A stretch of 64,000 nucleotides of DNA from a virus (lineage: Duplodnaviria; Caudoviricetes). Below the pieces are notes generated by a model. The model had not been told where the DNA came from and did no database searches. It saw nothing but the letters and a program-made list of their open reading frames with translations. The stretch is from IMG/VR virus record IMGVR_UViG_3300027759_000043, one strand, 5' to 3'. Shown piece after piece: positions 36,502 to 48,500 of the stretch. Each line of letters opens with the position of its first letter. The stretch's first letter is position 1. Position numbers and translations under genes: made by a program.

Positions 36502-39500
36502 TTAGCCTCTAAAAAACTGTGCCGCCAAAGTGGTACTATCTTGTAAAGGTGTACCAGTGGTTTCGTACACACCGGGGCCGTACCAACCCAATCCTTGACG
36601 AACTTGAATTGTTACTTGATAGCCTGCTGTGGGTGCTGTGTCAAATTCTACAGTTACAGGATTGTCGCCGGTTACTGAGTATCCGCTGGTTTGTTTGATT
36701 CCGCCCACATACACCAAAATAGCCTGTTCATCAAAAGTTGAGTCTTCTAGACTTAGGTTAACATCTGCTGTGAAGATTGTGGTTGTTCCATCTGCTAGAG
36801 TATTAGAACCCAAGTAGTGATCTTGATATATCACAGGCGCTAAATTATCTCGATTTAGATTATAAACAGTCGCACCCACGCTGTGTAACGCAACTGCTGT
36901 GCCGGCTGTGCCTCGCAGGAGACTGCTCACTGTATTTGTCAAAAGATTGCGTTCACGATACATGATACGCTCACCATTCACTGTTAACACACCCCAGATG
37001 TTGTTGGCTAGATCAGGTTCTGCAAGTGCGCCAGCATCATCCACATATGCAATGTCATTGTCAGGATACAATGTTTGAATCAATGTGGTGGTAGTTGCTG
37101 GAGTCATTCTGTAAGTGGCTTGTACCCCGCGCATGTCTTGGAAAATACGCAATTCCAGCCCAGTGACTGGATCAACTTCAAGTATTACAATCACAGCACC
37201 TGCGGCTGGTGCAGTGTTGAATGTGACTTCTGCAACGGTACTGTCACCTGGATCAACTGTGTATTCGTTAGGAGAAATTACAACATTGTTGACTGCCACT
37301 TCAACGTCTAACGATGCTGTGGGCGCATAGTACGGTCCGGTAGTGCTACCATCTCCGTAAGAGATATTAATTTGACGAGTGTACACACGGAAGTCCATGG
37401 TATCAAATACCGATGCTGGTACCAGTTCTTCAGGTGCATGACTTTCGTAAGGGCCCACAAACTCACCACCCACAACATTGATATCGGTTGCTCTGGTTCC
37501 CAAATAGATATCAAGGAACGAACTTTCGTAAGCGGCATCAAGTATGGCAGGATCGTATGTGGGTTCACCTTCTGGGCCATAACTGATGTTGTCAAACGGA
37601 TTGATGTCAAAGTTGCCCACATCAAATCCTGTGTTTTGTGAGAATGTGGGTGCAGTAACTTGTACGCCCGGATAGTCGACTCCATCGATCAGCAATGGTA
37701 AGTCTAGTCCAGGTTCATTTGGTCCAGGCACATAATACCCCATGGTACGATCAACCCCGCTCAGGGAACTGGCTGGTACCAGAGTCCAATTGTCAGGATC
37801 AAATGTAGCACTTGATACTGTTGCATCTGCTGACCACACACGATTATCATAACGCACCAGTGTACCGGTAGGGTAACTGACATTGGCTGTCCAAGGCACA
37901 ATAGTAGTTGCATACTGATATCGATCGTACTTGATGGTGGTGTTGATGCTACGAACCAAGTTGTTGCCCATTACAGCAACAATTCTGCCACCTGTTCCGT
38001 TGCCACCAGAAACTGTGATTATGGCTGTGGTGATATAGCCTGATCCAGGATCTGTAACAACTACTTGGCTGATATTTCCTGCACTATTGACCACTGCTGT
38101 CATTGTGGCTTGAGTGACACAATCACCTGTTACTATCAGTTGCGGTGCCACAGTATATCCCGAACCGCCGTCAGCAATGACCACATCTTGTATGCTGAGA
38201 GCGTAGTTGTCGAACCAAAAACTATAGGGCTGTGTTTGCCACAACGAACTGTCAGGGGCAACGTCGCTATAGGTACTAGGATGTCCAGTGCCTGTTGCAG
38301 TACTCAAAGTGTAAGGAGTCAAAATTGGACTCATGTACTGATTGGGCACTTGTGTGGTGTTATAAAACGCAGGTAAATCAAAGTCGGCTACACTGCCTTG
38401 ATATACATCAAGGCCGTTATAGATCAAATTGAATTCACGTATCTGCACGTGATATGGTTTGACTTCCTGGATATAATTCAACACAAAGTCTTGATTGTCT
38501 CGCTGATATGTTTGATACGGCACCAACTGTCTAATTTTATGATCAACATCAATCAAACTGGTCTTGGTCAACCATTCAGGTGCTTCAAACTCGCTTAATA
38601 TAAAGTTAAACATCAAGATCAATGCACGATTGCGTTCAATCAACAAGTCGCCAATCAGCAATTGCTCGTTGATTGCTTGTATGATCTTGCGTGTTTCAAT
38701 CACAGGCTCTTGATCAAAGTATTGTGCGTCAAACACTTCAACGTCAAATCCAAATCGTCCCAGTGCATAGTCCCAAAGTTCTGCCCGGAACTGGATAGTT
38801 CCGTCTTGCAGTCCCACACGATCCCAGCCAGTATCTGTTCTAAGATAAATTTCAAATTTGCCTTGGCTGTTGGCAGTGACTTTTACACTACTGCCCACAG
38901 GTGCCGCTGCCAAACTCAGTGTGTCTAATGTGGCCACATTGGCCACTTCGGCAATGATCTTGACACTGGAGTTATATCCTGGCAAGTACCAAGTAACATA
39001 GTTCCAATAGTTTCTAGTATCATAGTTTTGCACACGGCTCAAGAACAATGTGGCAAAAGTCTTGGCTGCGGTAACTGTATAAATGGTCCATGCACCGTTT
39101 TGAGTACTGTCACTTACCACAAGATATTTGTATCCTACTGGTACCTGGGCAAGATTTTGATAACTTAGTTCTTCGATGTTGGCCACACGTTTATTCCAAG
39201 CACCTGTGCCTGCTTGCGGTTCTGCTTCACTGCTGTTCAATAAACTGAAGTTTCTGGTTTCAGATATAGGGTACTGCAACAACACTGCGTTGACATATTC
39301 TAAATAATTTTGCAAAGCCGTGAATCTGTCGGCAAACATGCTTTGCCGTGGGCGGAATAGCACGCCGTACCGTTGTGCCGGGCTCAGATTAGGATCCGGC
39401 ACAAGAGCACCTTGTACATTTACCCCACAGAAACTGTCTTGTAATTTTTGATACAAGTTATCAGGTAAAAAGCCATCAGCACGATCTTGTGGCAATAAAT

Positions 39501-42500
39501 CATACTGTACGTGAACATTGTCATCAGTCAGTTGTCGATCAAATTCAATACTGAGCACAGTATCTTGGGCACTGATTTGATCCACAGCATTATAGATTGC
39601 GGTAGCACTGGGACTTACAAATGCCACATAAGGAATACCACTGCTACGGGGATCAGCAATATATCTTGCAATGCCAGATGGGCTGAGAGTTTTACCTATT
39701 GCAGTATTGATTGTGGTAATGTTTTTTACCCAGAAATAATAGGTAGTTCCAAATACGCCTGTGACATTTAGTCCAGTGGTCACACAGTAATTGATTGTGT
39801 TTCTAGGTATTCCAGGGCCTGTGTAGTTGGCTGGCGGCACTGAACTAGCAATCCACTGGTATACATCAATGCTACTGCCCGGGAATATTTGTCCCCATCT
39901 ACGTGCGGCATACACAATGTCGTCTTGATTGGGATCAATAAATCTTACTGAATTAGTATCCCACCAAATTTGTCCTTCATGCGTTGCGGCCCAGATTCGA
40001 CCGTTGTTGTTTTTTGCGCCCACGTTGTAGGCAGCAGGATCAACTGCACCAATATAGTCAATGTTTTGTCGAGCCGCGCCCAAGATCTTGCCCTGCAATG
40101 GATCAATGAAATCAAAGAAAGTGGTCTTGGCACTGGTGATTCGATCGTATGCAAATACACCATTGATTAATCCAACATCTACCACTGGCTGCTGTAGATT
40201 GGTCACTTTCCATGATGGGGAAAGATCGGGGTTGTTGAAAATAGACACTGCGCCGTAGTTGCGGGCAATCAATGTACTATCTCCAAGATCATCGCCTGGG
40301 CTACCAGCCAATAATATACCATTGGTATAGTCAACTGCTGTGCCGTATTGATCTAGTTCAGTCACTGTTTGATCATAAACTTGTTGGCCAAATGCAAACT
40401 TGCCAGGATTTGTTACAGAACTATCTGTACTGGCAAAGTAGTTGTATGTGTATACTGCACCACTCTGTATCAATGGTCCATTAAATATTGTGGTTTTGCT
40501 GTCAAAATATGTGAGTCCACCATCAAATGTTGTGGGGCGATATAAGTTACCACGCGGTGCACCTACTGTGAGTGTGAGCGCACTGGTGTCAATGTTGACC
40601 GCGCTACCAAACCCTGCATAGGCCACCGAATAAGGACTAGAAATAGTCTGAGTATATACAAAAGTTTCAAACCCCAGGCTGTCAAAGATGTTGCCAATTA
40701 GGCCAGGAAGCACAGTCAACTTGTTGCCTGGCGCCGCGGCGTCTGTATTCTTGACGCTGACAGTGAGTAGTCCAAACGTTTGTGTGCCGGGGACATCACC
40801 TGCACGAGCAATCACATTAGGAACTGTGCTGTTGTCAATGTCTTGAGCCAATACTGCGGCCCAACTGCTAGGCTGCCAGTACGTGGTGTCGCTTAATGCT
40901 GTGCCAACAGGAACAGATTTAATAGCAATCCAGAGACCTTGATTGTATTCAACTATAGTACCGATTGTATAGGTCAGCGCACTGTTCCACGCAGTTGGTG
41001 TACTTAACGCCACTTCCATGTTGTTGATTCTAATTGTATTGCCAGGATTCAGTCTGGCATTCACAGTTGATGTTGTTATTCCGTACACGCGACTTTGATT
41101 TACTTGACGCTCCACTGAGCCTGCTTCGGGCAACACGCTGCCATCTTGAGGTGCTCCTGTGTACAAACTGCAATTGTTGATACAGAGATCAACTGCTTGA
41201 CCAAAGTTTGCACTCTGGAATGGCACGTTAGATCCAACCACTTGAATCAGACTAAAGGTGTTTACGTCAATCTCTAATATGTCTCCTACTGCGGCAGGAA
41301 CAGTTAAAGTAATTTCATTGGTGCCGGTCACTGTGTAATCTCCCGAAGCATTACCAGCGGTATTGGTCAAGAATTGATTTTTTAACATTACCGAAGTTGG
41401 AGATACCAAAGAGGTATCAACTTGATATACTGTTTGAGTGGCATCTGTCACAATAAATCTCTGCACAGAACGATCGTATATGTAGACTGCGCCTGCATCA
41501 GCGACTGAGTCGTATGTGTCGTTGGGACAACCAATCATGATCTGTCTGCCATCAGTAGAGCAACTGATTGATTGACCAAATCTTTCGCCGCCAGAGAGTC
41601 CGGCTGGAGTTAATGTTTCGACGTAGTCATAATAACTTTGTGCTGATACATCAATTGTACCAGTTGGTATGTGTCCAGAATCAAATGTTATATTTCTAGT
41701 GCTGTTGCTGAATGTATAATCAATATTGGGTCTTTGGATTATGCCATTCACTTCCACTTTGAAACTGTAAATGTTGGTGGCGCTGTACAAGTATTCGTTT
41801 AACGAGAAAGTTTGTGTGACTCCATTACCAGTAAAAGTTTTAGCAACACGGCGACCAATGCGTAACACAAGATCTTTAACTGGGGTTGAATTTAAAGAAA
41901 CTGTGGTGGCATTTACTGTGTAATCAGTTGTGTAAGTCAATAACTGATCATTGAGTACTACAAACAACTGTTGATACTCGCCAGAATCAATTATGACATC
42001 AAGGTTGTATTGATAGACGCTTTGTACTCCATCAGTAACATATTCCACCAGTTGTGTTGCCACCTCTACTAGTCCATATGCGAGAACCTGATTAACGCCC
42101 GGCGCACCAACATACAACCATTGTTCATCTGGACTAACAACAACGCTGGTGCCAAACTCGCTTCCTGAATCTATGTAGGTAGCATCCGGCACAGTCAACA
42201 GTGTTGACAGCAAGAAAGTAGGACTGTTGGGGAATCTGTAAATTGTAGCCACGTATCCAGAGTTTGCACTAGAGTCTGAACCAATACTGGTTGGAGCACC
42301 CACTGCTCCCCAGGTTTGATCGCCAATGCTGACCGAAGATCCAAATCCATATGCGCCAGGATTGTTGCATTGAATAATACTGTTCTGAGTAAACGGATTA
42401 CCCGATGTTCTTACATAGGTGTAAAGTGCGCCTGATTGTGTGTCTCCATACCCAGGAGCGCCTACAAACGCAAATGCATTGTCTCGAGCCTGCGCAACGC

Positions 42501-45500
42501 TGGCACCAAATTGGCTATCAGCAACTGGTGAAGTTACTTCAAGTTGGCCGCTGGTGTGGAATACTTCTTGCTTCTGCACCACTTGCCATAGTCCGTTTTC
42601 GTTACTGTCGATCCAGGCATAACTACCCGCTATCAAATTATTGACATATGGTAGTGTGATAATATCACTACCTTGTGCAACTCGTTGAGTTTGTAGTGTA
42701 AAAGGTGTTCCTATTCCTGTGGCCACAATCTGATCTGTTTGCAAGAAAGAAAAAACAACAGTGACTTGATTGATGTTTGGCACGTTTAATATTCGATACA
42801 CGCCATCTAAACCAGATCCAAAATTTTTGATCAGCAAAATATTGTCTGCAACTAGTCCATGTGCTTGACTAAATGTAACAACTGCTGTGCCGTTGAGATT
42901 GCTATTGATTTGAGTAATCTTGCCGGGTATCTGTGCTGTTCTGTAAATGCCCCAATCGTAGTCGTTGATCTTGGCTACCCATACTATGGTTCCTACATTG
43001 ACGTTGTTTAAATTTCCTGCTAACGAAGCAGTGTTGTCAATGTTGAATACTGTGATATCAACGTCATCAATGTTGACATATCCAGCACTGGGCAATACAG
43101 TATCTGTTACTTTGACCAATGTAGTGGTCAGTATGTCAGGGCTGGTTATCTTGTAACTTTGATTCCACAAGTTGCTGAGTAGCACTGTCTGTTCGGCTAG
43201 ACTTGATTCACCAGGAATGACCACTTGAATCAGACTGGGGTTTGAAGTTAACAACGCTTCGTTTAATCGCATCTCATAGAAACTTCTATTGGCGTTGGCA
43301 CCATATACACCACGTTGTACTGCCCAGTTTTCATAGATTTGATATTCATTGACGCCACGACCAAGGTCAGCAAATGTAAAGATTTCTGCGGCACGCACTG
43401 TGCCTTTTGTTCCAAGGAACTGTCGATACAAGTTGATCTGACTGGTGCTGTCCAAGTTGAGGGCAACCATGTATTCTCTGGGAGTAAAGCCAATCAAATT
43501 GTAGGCAAATAGATCCTGATTTAGTTCCAGGTTGGCTTGATACACATTGTATGTGTTGGCCAACTGATCACTCTTGTTGGGCAAGTTAGGCAACAAGCCT
43601 TGTTGAATCTTGGTGTAGTCACTACGAGTCCACTCATTGAAATCAAACTTTGCTTTGGGTTGCACAATATCAACTGCACTATAATAGAAGTTTTTGTACA
43701 ACACAATTTCGCCGCGAGCATACTTGCGCAGAGGTTGCCATTCTTTTATGTTGTTTTGATTTAATATAAAGCCGGGTGCATTCAGTTGACCGTTCCAATC
43801 TGTGGTAGTTGAACCTATCAGGCGCACTCGGCTTTGTCTAGCACCGGTTGCAGGATAGTAAATCAAGTCAGCAAAAATACTTGCATTGTCCAGCACAACC
43901 ATGTTTTCATATGACGTAAACTTGATGTGGAAATAATTTATAGTATCAGCAGTGAGACTGCGAAGAGTAAATGTATTGTCTAGACGTTCGACCACAAGAT
44001 CTCTAGTGGCAAATGGTGTACGATCAGCATTTAGCACCATGTTCTCTGTGGTTTGTAGTGCAATGCTGTCAACTATGGCGCCAGGCCTTTCCACAATGAC
44101 CTGTGTGGCCCCAGGATTCAAGTTGATAATACTACCCTCGGCCCAGCCTTGACCGCTCCAGTACAGAAATTCGCTGACCATTTGATTCCAGTCAAGCACA
44201 TAACCATTTTCCATTTGGCTGAATACCAGACCTTGTTGTTGCAACAATGCGCCATAACTCAACAAGAAGTCTGCCAATAGTGTTCTATTGGTGAACACAT
44301 AACCGTAAGGAACCTGTACCACTTGATTGCTGTAAGTCACAGGCACGCGAACTTCAAATCCGCCGGCGCTGATTGTTCCTAGTGTGCCATTGACTCGACT
44401 GACCGAAATATTAAAATACGGTTGTGTGGTACTGTAACCGTAGACTGCCCAACCGCTGGCAGTTGATTGCACAATTATACTGCTGTAGGTCAACTGATCA
44501 AAAGGCACATTCTTGTAAAACAACAAGTTGTAACTTTCATCGGGCAACAACAAACTTGAGTTAAGACTGTTGGGACTTGACTTTTCAGTATAAATTTCTA
44601 TTAGATTTTTACCTGTAAAGGCTGCCATTCTGTAGCACAAGCGCACATCAAGATTTTTCAAATCTGCTGTGAGTGCATCAGTAGAATTAATTCCGCTCAC
44701 ACGATTATAGTCCACAATCCAATCAATGTAACTGGCCTTGCTGACCCCATTGCCATATACTTCAACGCCGTTGGCATCTAGTCTATAACGACCATTATAG
44801 AGATATTGCCCAAGTTCTGCGTCGTATTTGTACAAGTCTCGATCAGCAAACAGGCTGAAAAATTCTGCAGGACGTGTTAGTACCAACATTCGCATGATGG
44901 CAAATGGATATGCACTGCTGGTTCTCCAGGCATTCTCCACAGGAGCATCATCACCCACTGCCCAGTTTCTTTGGAAGTTGTTGCTGTTAAAGTTGCCAAC
45001 CACTGTTTCAATAGGAGGTAACAATGCGCCTTCACTTCCAGAAGGGATCACCTGTGTCAATTGGGGTCTTGCATATTGCGGCAACACATAAGGTGCCACT
45101 GGGTCTCGTACTAGGCCTGCAGCCAAGTCATCCCAGAGAACCAAGTTACCTGAGGTATAAGGAGCAGGACCATATTCGTTGATCCACCATACGGGCATCA
45201 CGCTGAAGCCCAACATTTCCCAAGGTCTTGTGTTGGGGCTTATGGTATCATAGAAGTAATTGTAAATGCCGCGCCAGGCTCCAACTGCCAAAGGTTGATT
45301 GTTAGTTAGTTTGTTACTGGCTGTGCTGTAGTTCCAAGTAAATCCATTGTTAGGTAAGTAATCTTGTGATTTGTAATCCAGTTTGTTCCAACCAACCCAG
45401 GTCAAGAAATCTTGACTCTCTATGTCAGTGATCTCTCCCAGCGTATAATCTGTTGTACGGAACTGACCGGGCACAACTTCTGTGGCAGTAAGGGGCACAG

Positions 45501-48500
45501 GATTACCATCCAGTTTTAAGTTACTGTAGATTCTAGTTTCAAATTCCAACAACAATTGATCTCTAAAATCACCAAATGCCACAGTGATTGATCCATCATG
45601 ACCGCGTATGACACGCCTGGGCGTAACATAGGTTGTGTCTAGATATATTTCAGGTACGAATGCAGGATACAATCCTAACTTGGTAGGAGTGTTAGGAACA
45701 AATGTGCCATATGTTTCTGCATATTCTTGAATGGCAACTGTGTCGCCTACTGCCAATGGAATTATAATGGTCAATGTAGGAGCATCAGTGGAGACCACGT
45801 ACTCAATATCTCTCGTGAGCAATCGATCGTTCACATATACCAGCAGTCCCAGATAATTGGCCGAAGTGTAATTATACACCTGTGTTGTATCAAATATTTG
45901 TGTGGAGATTGGTGTGATCACTGTGACAGATTCAGTGTACACATTACCACCAGGCAACATGTCACTCCAGTAGAAAGGATTCGAACTTGTGCGGCCAGCG
46001 ATGAGATCTGTTATGACTGCTGTCAATATTTCGGGCACAGTCATATTCACATAGTCGCCAGATACAGCGGCATTCAGTAACTGTGCTTTGTACTTTTCGT
46101 ATTCTCTTGAGTTGTATTCAAGGCTGGCAAAAATATTGTATTCAGGACTGCGCAAGAAATAACCGGCCAGGGTCATTGGAGAACTCTGTTGCAGTATGCT
46201 CAATCCAAAAGGTACAATGTTGCCTAGATCTCGTGAGTTGTTGGCACCATTAATTTTGCCCGTGAGTCCAATAAGATTTTGGCCAATACTATCATAATGC
46301 GTTCTAATAGTACCCAGTGTGAGATTGTCTGCATTTTGATTGAGAGGATTATTTTCAAGATTGATCGGTACTTGATAAAATCCCACTGCACTGGCTTGAT
46401 CGCTTAGGACCAATACTTCAATCACTTGACCGGGAACAATTACTGTAGTACTAGGGAATGTTATTGTTGTGGTGTTGTCAGTTGTGACATAGGTGTATGT
46501 TCCTGGATCTTGAAAGGTGCTATCAATATACACTTTAACAGACGGAACTGTGTCCACTGGCAAGGCTGCCACGTCCAATAACAAAGGTGTATTGACCGCA
46601 TACACAAAACTAAACTGTTGGTAAATCTTGCTCTTGACCGCGGCTGTTTGCCATCCAAGTTCTCGTTGATAAACTAGTCGGTCGGCATATTGTCTTACAA
46701 AACCTATGCTGACATTTTTTGTATAACTTACGTTATCTTTGACATAGAGAAAAGTATCTGCGTAAAGATTATTGTCAAACACAATATCACCAATGTTGTT
46801 GATACTGAGATAGCGCAACGGAAATCCCAACACAGTGTCATCTAGTCCGGGACCAAGGGCATAACTAAACAATTTGGATCCTGCAAAGGTGCTACTAGGG
46901 TATACCACACGATTACTAAGACTGTAACCATTACTGTCATAGACATCAAACAACGGCGCTTGATTTACGCTGGTCTTTTGTTGTGCTCTAATCCATTGCA
47001 CACCGTCATAGTAAAAACTTATACCTTGCAAAGTATCTCCGCTGAGGCAGACTACTGTTTGATCAACAAGCACGTCAGCATCACTTGCGGGCACTAGATT
47101 AATAACTGGCTCTGAAAATGAACTGCCATCATCACTGAATGTGACAAATTCAACAACATAAATTTTATCCCTGACATCAGGGTCAGTATCCCGGGCAAAG
47201 ATAACTCTGGATCCAGCGATGAATGTGTACCCATCAACACCATAACCCACAGTTCCGTTAATGGTACTGAGAGCATCGGTTGTGGTAAAGTCAATAATGT
47301 CCACGGGCTGTTTGCCTTGTGTGCCCATTTGATACAATCTTGTGCCGCCGCGAAATTCTAAAATAGGCCGCTTGGCCCTAAATGCATTGTCTACAAGAGG
47401 TACAGTGTTATTATACGTGGCCGAGGCTGTGATAACATCAATATGGAACCAGCGATTGCTACGTGTCCAGGCGTTGAGGTCGGGGGAATCCAATGCTATG
47501 GTCAGGTAGTCAGGGACCAAAGGCTGATTCAAACTGGCATCAAAGTTACCCACATCATAAGGAGTTGAATCAAAAGGTACTGTGGCACTTTGTGTAGAAG
47601 TTTCTGGTGTGACATAGTTAACAACTGGCAACAGTTGAATGGCTGTGCCAACTCCGGCCACATAGTATTCCTGATTGGCGTAACTGGTAGGCACAACTGG
47701 TGCAAGAAATTGCACTTTAAGGTTGTTGGTAAACACCACGCCATTGGGACTGGTATAATTCTTTTTGCCTAAAATATCTGTAACAACATTGATAGTTGAA
47801 CTGTCGACTTGATCAACCAATCTAATTTGACCAAATATGTCTGGGTTGGTACCATCTTGGTACCATAATACGTCTTTGATTGCAGTCAGTAACGGAACTT
47901 CAGTGATTGCGCTACTGGCGTCACTGTACCAGGTTGTGCTGGCCCATTTGGTACCAAACAAAATACTGAATTTGGTCAACGTGTTTACTGTGGCAATAGG
48001 AGCCAAATTCACAATAGGCAGACCATCAATATCATAAGTGTATTGTATTTGCCAAACGTTGTTGGTTGGGAAAGTGGGGGAGATTGTGAATACCAGAGTC
48101 TTGTTGTTGAGATTGGTGATTCCATCTATACCACCATAATCAGCAATAATGTCACTAAGATACATGCCATTTAATTGCTCATAACTCAATTCACACAACA
48201 AGTCCACGTTGCCAAGGTTGGTTAAATCATAGTAGAATTGCTGTGCATTTTTAAATGGTACATAGAAACTAACTGTACCCAAGTCTTCACCATTGTTGGA
48301 TACTCCTGCAACAGTTCTACTACTGATGTTAGGAGCGTAAGGTAATTGTCCGTTGATGCCCGGATCGGTTTGAATCCAGAATGCGTTTCCAGTTTGACTC
48401 ACATCAAATGTATAGTTGCCGCCACGTACCAGGGTAATCACAGGGTTGTTACCAATCACACCACTAAAGGTGTAAGCATTGGTAGAGCGGGTGACTGTGA

